A model generated the notes under the pieces. It was not told the DNA's origin. It saw nothing but the letters and a program-made list of their open reading frames with translations, and searched no databases. Made by a program: the position numbers and the translations under genes. Below are positions 12,978 through 24,929 of a stretch of DNA of 64,000 bases, in pieces. Position 1 is the first letter of the stretch; the number at the start of each line of letters is the position of its first letter. The DNA lies in the NCBI GenBank assembly GCA_002189035.1, contig NEEC01000011.1:2046001-2110000 (forward strand). Direction: 5' to 3'. The DNA is from Utricularia gibba. Its lineage: Eukaryota > Plantae > Magnoliophyta.

Positions 12978-14735
12978 CTATGCTTCGTTTAGAGCAAGAT
13001 CCAGACTTGTATCGCCTTGTTTGGACTTGATTTGCTGCATCATGATTTCAAGAATTTGGTGAATTTCTATGATCTCTGAGTGGCCAGAGTCTCCGTTTCT
13101 GAACTCATGAACCACGTCATTGACAGTGATCATGCTGCTTCCAGTTACAGTTCTAACATCTGTTTCCTTCATCAGCTTCCTCACCTTCCCAACCTCCTCA
13201 AAGTCCCCAGCTTCTGCATATATGTTTGACAGCAATGTGTACCGTCCACTGTTTTCTGGCTCCATTTTGAGCATGATCTTCCCCATTTTGTCTGCCAGGT
13301 TTGTTTTCCCCTGTAGTCGTCTAGTCCCAAGAAGGGCTCCTAAAATGGCTGCATTTGGGCTCATTGGCATGGAGTCTACCAACTCCTCTGCTGCTTCCAT
13401 GTATCCAGCCTTTGCTAGGAGGTTAACAATGCAGCCGTAGTGCTCGACTCTTGGCTCGATACCATGATCACTTTTCATGGAGAGGAAGTAACGCAGTCCC
13501 TGTTCAACTAGTCCTGAATGAGCACAGGCGTTCAGCAATGAGATGAAGGTGATCTCATTAGGTCTCACGCAGTTGAGCATCTTGGAGAAGAGGGCGATTG
13601 CGTTTCTGCCCTGGCCATGAGATGCTAGAGCGCCCATCATGGCATTCCAACATGAAACTTGCTTTTGCTGTATGGTCTCGAAGACTTCCCAGGCCAAGCT
13701 GAGCTCCCCACATTTTGCATACATGTCAATCAAGGAAGTTCCAATGACTGCATCTATGGTAATCTTTCTCCTCCTAATGAAACCATGGATCCATTTTCCT
13801 TGCTCCAGTGCTCCAGCATTCGCGCAAGATGATAACACGCTTGGAAGAGTGAACTTGGTGAGTGTATGCTTGTGCTGGTTCTGCAACTCACTGAAGACCT
13901 GCAAGGCCTCTGTATACCACCCTAGTTTGTTGTAGCCATCGATCATCACGCTCCAGGAAACCTCATCTTTCTGACCCATTTTATCGAACAGCTTCCGTGC
14001 CTTTCCAGCCATTCCATTGTTAAAAAGACCTGTTATCACTGTGTTCCAAGAACCAACGTTCTTCTCTTTCATACTCTGAAACAACTTCAAACCGGCTTCC
14101 ACTTCTCCATGCTTCATGTATCCATTGATCATAGCATTACAGCAGATTACATCCGAATTCCCAGAAGAATCAAGCATAAGGCGAGCTTCATCTAGACGCC
14201 CCAATGAGGCGTACATATGAACTCCAGCACTGGCAATATAAGTATCCTCATTAAGTGCTAGTTTTACCGCATGGGCATGGATTTGCAGCCCTTCTTCAAT
14301 AGCTTTTTCTACGGTGCACGCCCTGAATAACAGAGGAAATGTGTATTTGTTCGGTTTGGAACCAGCCATTATCATCTTATGATACATCACAATTACCTCA
14401 GAAAACAGCTCATGTTCTAAAAACCCTCTGATGACAGAGTTCCATACAAAAACATTAGGCTCATTTACCTGTCCAAGAAGGTGAATCAGGGTGGAGTGGC
14501 ATCCGAGTTCAGAATTCGCGTAACATTTGATCAAGCAACCAGCGATGTAATGATCACGGAAAAGACCAGTTTTCAAGGTGTATCCATGCAGTTGTTGCAG
14601 ATTTCTCAAAGAAACTTGGGGTTTCATATTCAAGTAATTTAAAATCATCTTCTTCTGTGAGGAAGATGGAGTACTCAAATCCTGATCTTCCATTGGAGAA
14701 AACTTGAACACGGAGCTGATTTGCAGTGTTCCCAT
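12978..14735 (-). CDS. PLS-class pentatricopeptide repeat protein, E/E+ type without DYW
   Basis: Intronless 585-aa ORF with PNVFVWNSVIRG, PNKYTFPLLFRAC, SLIDMYAKCG, PNEITFISLLNACAHSGLVEQG, HYGCIV, SGRYTLLSNIYA and VHEF..GD..H; it ends before a DYW domain. Confidence 0.93.
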   Translation of the reverse strand: MGTLQISSVFKFSPMEDQDLSTPSSSQKKMILNYLNMKPQVSLRNLQQLHGYTLKTGLFRDHYIAGCLIKCYANSELGCHSTLIHLLGQVNEPNVFVWNSVIRGFLEHELFSEVIVMYHKMIMAGSKPNKYTFPLLFRACTVEKAIEEGLQIHAHAVKLALNEDTYIASAGVHMYASLGRLDEARLMLDSSGNSDVICCNAMINGYMKHGEVEAGLKLFQSMKEKNVGSWNTVITGLFNNGMAGKARKLFDKMGQKDEVSWSVMIDGYNKLGWYTEALQVFSELQNQHKHTLTKFTLPSVLSSCANAGALEQGKWIHGFIRRRKITIDAVIGTSLIDMYAKCGELSLAWEVFETIQQKQVSCWNAMMGALASHGQGRNAIALFSKMLNCVRPNEITFISLLNACAHSGLVEQGLRYFLSMKSDHGIEPRVEHYGCIVNLLAKAGYMEAAEELVDSMPMSPNAAILGALLGTRRLQGKTNLADKMGKIMLKMEPENSGRYTLLSNIYAEAGDFEEVGKVRKLMKETDVRTVTGSSMITVNDVVHEFRNGDSGHSEIIEIHQILEIMMQQIKSKQGDTSLDLALNEA

Positions 14736-15460
14736 AGCATCTGATTCATGTAAAAATCAATCAAGATGAATACCCAGTAAGAAAAAAGGCAACCGAAGGA
14801 AGAAAAGAGGGTGAAGAAGATCAGTATCAAGCCTGGCCCTCTGATACCTCTGTGGCTGGATAACTGGATAAGGTTTTGCTCAGCCTCGCATTCTTCACTC
14901 TCGGAATACAAGAGTAACAAATATACCTTTTTCAGCACTTGTACCAGACAAAATAGCAACGGAAGAGCCGACGCCGGTGAGAAGGGTAGTGACACCGGTG
15001 ACAGCCATTCCCTCCGTCGCCGCCGGAGGCTTTTTTTTTTCCTCCACGGCCACGGACTTCGCGCCGATCGTCCTCCAAGTATTTAATGTCAAGCTCGGTG
15101 CGAAATGCAAACGAAGGGGCGTTATGAATCGACACAAAGATAAAAATTAGTTCTTTTTTCTGGTACAACTTGAAAAACTATTCTCCGGTGGAAGAAGAGG
15201 AACTAAACCGTGAATTTTGCAGCAAATCCGACCAAGACAAAGACTACTCAAACGAAATCCGTATTTCTAAATTGTTTGATACAGAGAAATTAATGGAAAA
15301 GACGAAGCATCCACACCCTTTTTCTCTCTCCCCATTTGGAAAGAGCATTGCAAGTAAGAGCAGGAAAATGTGGGACAGGATGGAAGAGAGCATTAGGATT
15401 CATATTATTCGTCCATAGAGAGGTGCAACCAGCAAGATAAACAACTGGATACATGATGGT

Positions 15461-15561
15461 TTGAGACTGAGTACTCAATGAGAGGAGATCTTGAGACTGA
15501 GTACTCAATGAGAGGAGATCTTGAGACTGAGTACTCAATGAGAGGAGATCTTGAGACTGAG
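15461..15561. repeat. Perfect tandem repeat, 30-bp unit x 3.4
   Basis: TTGAGACTGAGTACTCAATGAGAGGAGATC three times, then TTGAGACTGAG. Confidence 0.97.
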
Positions 15562-16428
15562 GGATTTGTTGAACCAGGCCTTCCATTTCCCACTGCCCTT
15601 TCGTGACAGCTTGTCTGCATCATCAATCACCTTGTTCTCAGTTCCCATCTTCTTGCACAACATGAAGTTTCTAACACCAGCGGACCCAATTGTCTCCCAT
15701 GGATTCATACCTGAGCAAACAAATCAATTCACGATGAGAATAGAATGTGCAGAATGTTTGGAAGAACTATCATCATGGTGCTCAATCAAAGGTATCACAA
15801 GGCCATAAAGCCTAAGTTTGTGTTCATTAATTGGGGTCATAAGAATGACATTAATCCAGTGATAAATTGGCACAGGAAAGATCATGAAAGCCAGATTAAA
15901 GTCTCACAAGCAAATCAACACAGGTTGTACATCTAAAACTACATGAGACGAGCAAGTTTACATATGATGAATTTGGAAGCCAACTCAAGAAACAGAAGGT
16001 GTGAATTCTACTAAATGTATGCACTCCGTATGAAAAGCTAACAGGAAGAGTAGAGTGAGAAGAGCCTGCAGAAACAGAACAATTCATATAGATTATGCAA
16101 AATGAAAAGAATTACGCAAGCAAGTCCTCTTCTTGTCACTTTGCAGTGCAAGATATATGCATACATACGATGAAGGATAAGGCGTAAATTTGGTACCTTC
16201 AGAGTCAGAAAGTGGACAATACAGCATGAAGTCTTTCAACTCAGATCCAAGAACAGGGAGTCTTCCCTCACGGGCATATGATTTCAAAGTAGTAGCAATC
16301 ACAGAACCCACAAGATCATATTCACTGACCACAAACCGAATTGGGCCAGCACTCCCAAGAACCGTAACACTAATCAAAAACCGCTTTCCCTTGGAAATAT
16401 CGTTCTTTTTCACCTTGGAAATCAACAT
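15535..16428 (-). CDS. Conserved uncharacterised plant protein (At1g70780 / At4g22758-like)
   Basis: Exon 1 16428-16197 (KRFLISVTVLGSAGPIRFVV...SYAREGRLPVLG). Exon 2 15710-15535 is in frame (GMNPWETIGSAGVRNFMLCKK...WKAWFNKSLSLKISSH*). Confidence 0.85.
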
Positions 16429-16541
16429 ATTTCCTTCTTTCCTGGGAATCTTTCTTCAAATGTCGTAAAATTGCAGAGAAATACCAAGAGCTCGATCAAC
16501 TCAAAAAAAAAGCGTAAACGAAACGGTTACAGGAGTTCAAT

Positions 16542-16649
16542 TCAAGGATCAACGCCAAGGCAGCGATAGTGCCAGCCGACCACGCAGAATCCAAAGCAGG
16601 AATCCGCCGTTTCCAAAACCCCTCTCCTCGACAAAGAGTGTACAACCAT
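16542..16649 (-). CDS. 35-aa upstream ORF, probable conserved-peptide uORF
   Basis: ATG at 16649 reads MVVHSLSRRGVLETADSCFGFCVVGWHYRCLGVDP* and ends 113 nt before the main ATG at 16428. It is too short for the supplied ORF track. Confidence 0.7.
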   Translation of the reverse strand: MVVHSLSRRGVLETADSCFGFCVVGWHYRCLGVDP

Positions 16650-17770
16650 TAAACTTGCGCTATAAATTCCCACCATTCACAACGCCGATGGTATCACAAG
16701 AGATGATCTTTATGAATAAACGAACCCAATTCTTCAAAGAAACCTAGGACACACAATGGGATCAGATGCCCGGAAATCATAAAAACAAAAAAAAAACCTG
16801 CCTACGCAATTTCAGGGTTCCTTTGATGAGTCACAACTCTCCGATCGGAGCTTGCCTCGTTCACCAAAGAAATCCCTTTTCCTCATTGCGGTGAGATGAC
16901 CCCCGAAATGCAGTATTTCAAGGCAAAACTCGCCATTTTCCGGAGTGCATGAAGCAAAGGCGTACATGTTCTCGGATCGCAGCCAGACACGTGGCAACCA
17001 GAAAGCGACAGATGTGCATAAAACCAAAATGAAAATATCTCAACCTTTTTGATTTTTAGTACGAACGGTTCCTTTTTTTTATATAAAAACCAATTTTCAA
17101 AATTAAATATTGCATTATCATAGCATTTTTTTTAAAAAAAATCGTACAAAAATTCACTCATGAGTCGTAACGTACTTGCTTGTACTTCTGATCATAAAAA
17201 AATAAATAAATTTGAAATTCAAATATTTTTCCATTTTTGACAATATATTTTAATTAATAATTTAGTTAAATTATTTGTATTGATTAATAAAAATCACATA
17301 AAAATGGTATGTATTTATTAAATAATATGTTTATAATATAAATATAGTTAGAAATACATGCATATTTAAAGATATAAATAATCTTACCAAACACACTATA
17401 AATAGAAAATTCACACCATTTACTATTGTGATTAACTTTACTTAATTTGTATTAATACTAATTAGTAAACTTTGATTCTAATTTGACCCTACAATATGAT
17501 TTGCTAAGGCTAGGGTTTAGTTATCAAATTATTAAATTATAATGCACTCTTTGATAGGGTGTAATTACCAAAAAACCGTTTATTGGAGGAGATAATTTGA
17601 TACCGATTGCGTGTGTGTTTGGAGGGTATTATGGTAATTCCTTGCAAGTCAGAGGTCAAATTTGCTGGTTAAGGTAGTATTAACATTATCCTCTTTCTTT
17701 TACGCGATCCCCAAGTCTGTGACCTTCCAAGCAAAGTGAGAATCACAGTCATTTCCTTGATTCTTCAACA

Positions 17771-20575
17771 ATGGAGGATAAATCGTACAGCAATGGGGAA
17801 TACCTGAATCACGGTGAGGACAATGCCCATGGATGGCAGAAGGTGACCTACGCCAAGAAGCAGCGAAAGAATCAGAACAAGAACGGGATATTGGATTCAT
17901 CGAAACCGGTTAATGGTGGATCCGGGGTCCAGACGGAGAACAACAGCGTTTTCTCCGGTCTGGAGAAGCACGCCGAGGAGCGGAGGAAGAAATTGGAGGC
18001 ACAGCGTACCGCCGCTGCCGTGTATGTCGAGGATGAATTTCCGAGGAATAATCGGCGGAGCCATGAGGATGAGGATGATTTCAGTAGCGATGGGGAGAAG
18101 AGGAATGATGTCCTCGAGGTGAATAAAAAGGAAAAGCAGAAAAAGGTTAAGAAGCCTAAACTTAGTGTAGCTGAGGCGGCTGCTAAGATCGAAAATGATG
18201 ATCTTGCTTCTTTTCTTTCCGGTATCTCGGTATGATTTTGTTACGCTTTTCTCCCAGTCTAATTTTGGGATTCGGTGTAGAGAATCAACAGTATTCATGG
18301 GTTTTTTTTTTATTCTTTTTTCGTTATGTTAGGAATCTTATGAAGGGCAGCAGGATATTCAATTAATGAGATTTGCTGATTATTTTGGGCGTGCTTTCTC
18401 TGCCGTAAGTGCATCGCAATTTCCTTGGCTGAAGTTGTTCAGGGAATCCCCCGTGGCTAAAATTGCTGATGTGAGTGATTAAGGTTTTGATAGAATCTAG
18501 ATCAACTTCTTTGTCAGGATGTACGCATTCTATACCTTGAAAGTCTTTGAAAGTTCATTTCTTCTTGTTCTTAGTCATTCCAAAAATGGAAAGTTTATAC
18601 CTTTGGTCAGCATATTGTGCGGGTACCGTTATTGGTGTTGTGTTATCGGGCATAACTGCATATCTGCTTTTCCCACTTAATCTTTCCTGAAATTAGTTTC
18701 ATATTTTCTTAGTGTTGCGCAGACTGAAATCGTGCTATTTTCCTAACTTTGATACAACATGGATGCAGGTCCCTGTTTGTTATATTTCTGAAGCTGTTTG
18801 TAAGACCTCGATGGACTGGGTCAATTATCGTTCTAATGAAGCACTTGAGAGTTTCGTAATCTGGTCACTGGATTCAATTATTTCGGACATGGCCATTCAG
18901 CAGCCTGGTTCTAAGGTTGCAAAGAGAGGTGGACAACCAGCATCATCCAAGTCTCAGGTACATGTCATTTTCCCTGGTTATGTCTTATTGTTAATGAAGA
19001 CTGGGTAAGAATTATGATAATTTTTCAGGTTGCTATTTTTGTTGTATTAGCTTTTGTTTTACGGCGAAAGCCTGACGTACTCATCAATGTCTTTCCAAAA
19101 TTGGATGAGAACTCCAAATTTCAAGGGCACGATAAGCTTCCAATACTAATGTGGATGATAGTTCAGGTGAGCTGTTTAACCGGTCATCAGAGTAGGCATT
19201 CAACTTTTCCTCCCTTTAGATTTACTTGAGTCTGACATTAAAACTTTTGTTTAGTCATGTCAAGGAAATTTAGCTGTTGGGTTATACTCATGGGCACACT
19301 ATATCCTGCCAATTCTAGGAGGCAAGCCAGGGTCTAATCCACTGACTAGGGATCTGGTTTTGCAGTTAGTTGAAAGGTTTGAACTCTTGGTTCTTTTGCC
19401 TTGTAGTTGTTTTTTATTCCCTGTGTTTTGTCATTTCCTTTTTTCCTTCGATTAATGCACCAATTCATCAGGATTCTGGCTACCCCCAAAGCTCGTGGCA
19501 TACTACTAAGTAATGCTGGTAGAAAGGGTGAGCGCCTGGTGCCTCCTGCAGCTCTTAATCTTCTGCTACATTTAACATTTCCTGCTTCATCTGCTCGGCT
19601 GAAGGTACATGTGGTCATATGACATTTAGCATGATCTTTTTTTGGTCATATTGAAGCTCAAGGGTATTTGGTATTATTTTATTAGGCCACTGAAAGATTT
19701 GAAGCTATCTACCCTGTTCTTAAGGAGATTGCCTTATCTGGTTCGCCTGGAAGCAAGGCAATGAAACAGATCTCAGTGCAGATACAGAGCATAGCAGTGA
19801 AGGCTGCTGGAGAAGGTGAATTGTCGCTTCATGTGTTATTTACCAGTAACCTTTAAGATCCCTGCGGTACGTCTTATGGAGTTTATATTTGTTCAGGGAT
19901 ACCTGAGTTATCTGATGAAGCAATTCGTCTTTTTATATGGTGTCTAACTCAGAATCCTGATTGCTACAAGCAGTGGGTAAGTTTTTGGTACATTCATCAC
20001 GCCTGTTGTCATTAAATGCTGTTAAAGAACTCCAGAAGTTGGAGGATCTTTTACATCGTTGCCACCTTCGTTTTCTCCAGGCCTTTGATTACCTTCTTGT
20101 TTCTTGCTACGTGTGTGTGATGTTATGATCCTTATGTCGCAGGAAACACTTTATGTTGACAACATTGAAGCTAGTGCTGCTGCCTTGAGGAGGCTTGCAG
20201 AGGATTGGAGATCTGTGACCTCTGAAACCTCCTACGCTCAACAATTTGAGGAAACCCTCAAGAGCTTCAGACAAAAGGTTGGCTATCTCTTCGCTCTTTA
20301 TAAAATTCACTTGAAAACTCCGCTGAATTTGCAATTCCTTTTTTCATTCCCAGAACGAGAAAGAACTGAGTAACGAAGCCAATGCTGCTCGCTTATCTGC
20401 TTTCAAAGATGCAGACAGATACTGCAAAATACTATTGGGCCGGTTATCAAAAGGCCGTGGCTGGCTGAAGTCCATAGTGATCACTGCTGTGGTTGCTGCT
20501 GCAGGAGTTGCGGCCATTTCTCCCTACATTGACTCACTGGATTTCAGTAAAATCTCAGTCCTCCTCAACCCCTGA
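17771..20575 (+). CDS. Transmembrane protein 214-like (DUF2359)
   Basis: Multi-exon gene: HGWQKVTYAKKQRK, QQDIQLMRFADYFGRAFSAVS.SQFPWLK, KLPILMWMIVQ, RDLVLQLVERILATPKAR..L.N.GRKGERLVPP, C-terminal hydrophobic tail, TGA at 20573-20575. Confidence 0.9.
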
Positions 20576-22024
20576 GTTAGAAACCAGAAGGATATAAACA
20601 TGGTGTTTGATACCCGTTCAAGACATTCATATATTTCCCAAAACAACCCGATCTGAATGGCTGCAACCTTCTGTAACTTCAATTCCGGTGAGTCCAGTTA
20701 AGTATATTTTTCCCTGAGCCTCTGCTACCTGGTGGAGAAAGAAACTCCTCCATGACTGCTGTCCCACCGCACCCTAGGACACAGAATTTGATACACAGGC
20801 ATGCTTGGTTCTGGATATCTTAAATGTAAATTTGGGATAATCTAGCTACCTGCTACCACTCTCTCTCTCTTGGCTTTTTACAACTGCTGGTTGATTTTCC
20901 TTTACGGTTACTTTCTGATTCCATGGTTTGCTTACCTTTGAGTTTATGAATTAGGGTTTGTGCTGTGTTCTGGAAGCCATATATGCCCTGGCTGTCTGAT
21001 CAGTGTCACCTGATGAGTGTGTGAAGAAAAAAACAAACGTTTCTTGTTTAGCCTTGGGCCTGAATACGGGCCTTCTTATAATGGGCCTGAATATGGGCTT
21101 TTGCAATAGAGAAAGTGGTAGGGGAATGATTAGGTTTGAACACGGAAAAAAGAGGGAGGAAGACCTGAGGCGTGCGCGCCGGCCAATGAGAGAAGAGAAG
21201 TAGAAAATGGAGGGAACATGATGATTGTTTGGCATCTTTTGGTTGGGTCCCAGCGATACCACCGGTGTGTCATATGTGGGACCCGCACCCCACTAAGATG
21301 CCCATTAGGAATTCTATTTTTGTTGTTATTTACGGTTTTAATTGTTTTTGGCAGGGACGGATAGATCTGGATGGGCATGGGATGATCCAACGCTACAGAC
21401 CACCTACATTTAATTATTCACTTTCATTAATCAATTGAATGGGTGCAGTTGCGTTCAGTCAGACATGAGATGAGAAATCCATTTCCAGGACTTGAATGTA
21501 ACATGCAGAGTCATATGGGAGGGTCAATCCCTGTTGTGAATGATCGTCACCACTCCCCCTGTATGAATCTACTGACTTCATTTACAATGCATCGGAGGAC
21601 AGTCATAAAGATGCTAGCTTTAAACTGTTGGATACGTGCCACTTTCTGGGTTTGGGATCAAAGTGGGAGGGGAGTAGAGTCTTGCGGCCTATCATCTTTT
21701 TTCGAGGGGGTTCTTTTGCTTTATGACCGTCCTTTGGTTGTAAAAGTCCAAATTGTAGAGTTTTGCTGTTGATGTCTCTGCCTTTTCAAACCGCCCACAG
21801 TCCAACAATTTGATTTCGTTAACAATATAATTATCGCAACCTTAACCGGATTCTCCTGCTTTGTGTTTCGGTATTTTTGTTTTTGTTTGTTTGTTTTCGT
21901 TTTTTCTCCCTGTGGAAAGTACAGAAGATTTTTCCTCTTCCCTGCTTTGATTTGGCGTTGGGGGGTTTCTTCCTGGGTTTTGGTTCTTTTTCTTCCGCTG
22001 TCTGTATGTACAAGAGCAGAGGGT

Positions 22025-24929
22025 ATGGCAGCCAACAGATTTGCCACCATGTTGCACAGAAAAACCAATAGGATCACTGTTATTTTGGTTTACGCAGCTC
22101 TGGAATGGTGTCTGATACTTTTATTGTTTCTAAGTTCTCTATTTTCTCATCTGATCATTAAGTTTGCAAACTTTTTTGGGCTCCAGCCTCCTTGCCTTTG
22201 GTGTACTAGAATCGATCATATTTTCGGTTCATCAAATGGGAATAAGAATTTGCATAGGGATCTTCTATGTGAAGCTCATGCCAAGCAAGTTTCGAGATTT
22301 GGGTTTTGTTCGATTCACCATAGATTGGCTGAATCTCAAGATATGTGTCATGATTGCTTGTTCTCTATGCCAGAGTTTGGTTGCTTCTCAGGGACTAAAG
22401 ACTTCGGGTTCACTCCAAATGACGAAATGGATCAAACTTCTAAGTGCTCTTGTTGTGGGATAAATTTAATTTGCAGAAGAACTTCTTCTTTGGATGATTT
22501 GGCTCATGCCCATGTTTCTAAAGAGGGAGATAATGGCTTTGATTATCTGGAAAGTTGTGATTCTGATAAAAAAACACTAGTTCTTGAAGATGACAATGTC
22601 AAGGAGCGTGTTCACGTTTTTAAAGAATCTTCTTCCAATCAGCATCTGGAGTATTTCTTGGACCACACAGGTCATAACTTGGTTCTTGTGAAGGATGAAG
22701 AAATTACAAATATCAAATGCGATGATAAGGCTGAGAATCAAGAATGCAGGTCAGTTATTGATACTGAGGTTGTAAAGAGGGAAGCTTTGTCTGATGATAA
22801 CGGAAGATTTACTGATCTTAGTGTGGATAAAGATCCTAAGGATACCGAGTTTGAAGCTTTATCTGATGGCAATGATAGATTCATTGATCTTGGTATCAGT
22901 CATGAACCTAAAAATACAGATTTTGAAGTTTTATCTGATGATAATGTAAGATTTATTGATCTTGGTGTCAGTGATGAACTTAAAAGTGCAGCTTCTGAAG
23001 CTTTAACTGACGAGAATAGTAGATTCATTGATCTTGATACCAGTCATGAACCTAAAGATGCAGATTTTGAAGCTTTATCAGACGCCAATGATAGATTCAT
23101 TGATCCTGGTGTCAGTGATGAAGCTAAAGATGCAGTTTTTGAAGCTTCGGCTGATGATAAGGGTAGATTCATTGATCTTGGCGTGGATAATGAATCTGAG
23201 GATGCAGTGTCTGGATCCATTCTTATAGAGGACGATGAAAATTCTATTGCTTTTCAAGAAAAAGACATTCCAGTGAATCATAGTGGAGCTCTAAGCACTT
23301 CCCCTTTTGTGGATGCACGTGATTCCCAAGAAACTGCTGAAGCTGGGGAAGCGAAGCCTCTTGATTCTCTTACCGGTACGCTGTTCATTGTTTGATGATT
23401 TCAAATCAACAGGAATTGTGCATGTGAAAGTAAAGCCTAAACCTTTGTGTTGCAGACGATGAAGAAACTGAAGAAGCTGCTCAGCTTCATATTGAAAACG
23501 AGGCAGTTGTCTCAATTGGAACAGAAATCCCTGAACTAGATATGAGTGACGAATTACGAATAATCGAATCTGTTCATACATGCAACATTGATCATGGAGA
23601 TAACTTATCTGGAATTGCAGCCGTTCACAAGTTGGAAGTGCAAGGTAATACCTGGTTCTTTTCTAGCTTTGAAGCATGAATGCAGTTCCTTTTTGCCATT
23701 TTCGTTGACCTGAAGTTCATTCTGTAGGTTCGGAGCAAGTAGAGGAACAGACAGCTGAGTTGCAACCTCTTTCCCTTGGTCACAGTGCATCATTTAACTC
23801 AGAGACTCCAGAGAATGAAGAAGACAGAGTACCTGATACACCTGCATCTATGGACAGTTTTGTTCAGTTGCACAAGAAGGTGCTTTTCCTCGAGAAACGT
23901 AATTCATGGACCGAAGAGTCTTTCGATGGTAGTGTGACAAGTGAACTTGAGATAGGTGATGGGGTAGTGACTGTCGAAAGCTTGAAATCTGCTCTACAGG
24001 CAGAGAGAAAGGCGTTGAAGATACTGTATACTGAATTTGAAGAAGAACGAAACGCTTCTGCGGTGGCAGCTAACCAGACTATGGCCATGATCAATAGACT
24101 TCAAGAAGAGAAAGCTGCTATGCAAATGGAAGCTTTGCAGTATCAGAGAATGATGGAGGAGCAATCTGAGTATGATCAAGATGCTTTGCAGCTTATGAAT
24201 GAGCTTTTGGTGAAAAGGGAGAGTGAAAAACGAGAGCTGGAGAGGGAGTTAGAGGAATGCAGGAAGAAGCTTTTTGAATACGAGGTAAAAGAGGAGGCAA
24301 AAGTGTATGATAAGAACTGCAGAAATGGATTTTCCGCTTCTTTCAGCATCCATGCTGATGAGAATGAAACAGAAACTCAAGAACTTGGAGAGGAATCTAC
24401 TTCTCACAATATGGCTATCGAAGTAAAGGAACCTCTATTCGATTTTGAACACCAAAGGTTGTCCATTCTTGAGCAGCTCTCTGTTCTAGAAGAAAAACTG
24501 TCCACATTGAATGATGCTAAGGATCAACACCCTGTCCAGACTGCAGATGCTCACCTTATCACCAGCGGTGAGGATTCTGTTCATGCTAATGGTTCCCTGG
24601 ACAGCACGGCCGATAGTAAGCATCCTAAGCGTGATAGATCTACTGTTCATAAGGGAAGGTCTCTTCTTCCTTTATTCGACGCGATTTGTGATGATCAAAC
24701 GGTGCAGTCAAATGGAGTGCACAGTACAGAACAAGACTATGAAGAGGAAATGTGCCATCTTTACGAAAGACTAGAGGCTCTTGAAGCGGATAAGGAGTTT
24801 CTTGTGCACTGCATTAGCTCTCTCAATCAAGGTGACAAGGAACTTGTCCATGAAATCCTTCATTCATTAAGGGAACTTAGAAATGTGGGGCTTCAAGCAA
24901 GAGGCAGAAAACATGATAACCACTGGTAA
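22025..24929 (+). CDS. Myosin-binding protein (MyoB receptor, DUF593/GTD-binding domain)
   Basis: N-terminus MAANRFATMLHRKTNRIT..LVYAALEW, Cys-rich PCLWCTRIDH...CEAH, and C-terminal LQAERKAL..LY.E.EEERNASAVAANQTMAMINRLQEEKAAMQMEALQYQRMMEEQ. Three exons, frames checked. Confidence 0.95.
22781..23212 (+). repeat. Six in-frame 72-bp (24-aa) coding repeats in MyoB
   Basis: Units start at 22781, 22853 and onward; consensus approximately EALSDDNxRFIDLGVSxEPKDAxF. Confidence 0.95.

Noticed and set aside
14740-15170. Overlapping short minus-strand ORFs upstream of the PPR gene
   Set aside because: Three frames give unrelated 78-106 aa products with no recognisable motif; best read as PPR leader or promoter.
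15590-15605. Suspected frameshift in exon 2 of the At1g70780-like gene, suggested by track ORF 15290-15586
   Set aside because: A base-by-base recount gives CGA AAG GGC AGT GGG in frame through to SLKISSH*; the track ORF is an alternative frame running through the 30-bp repeat.
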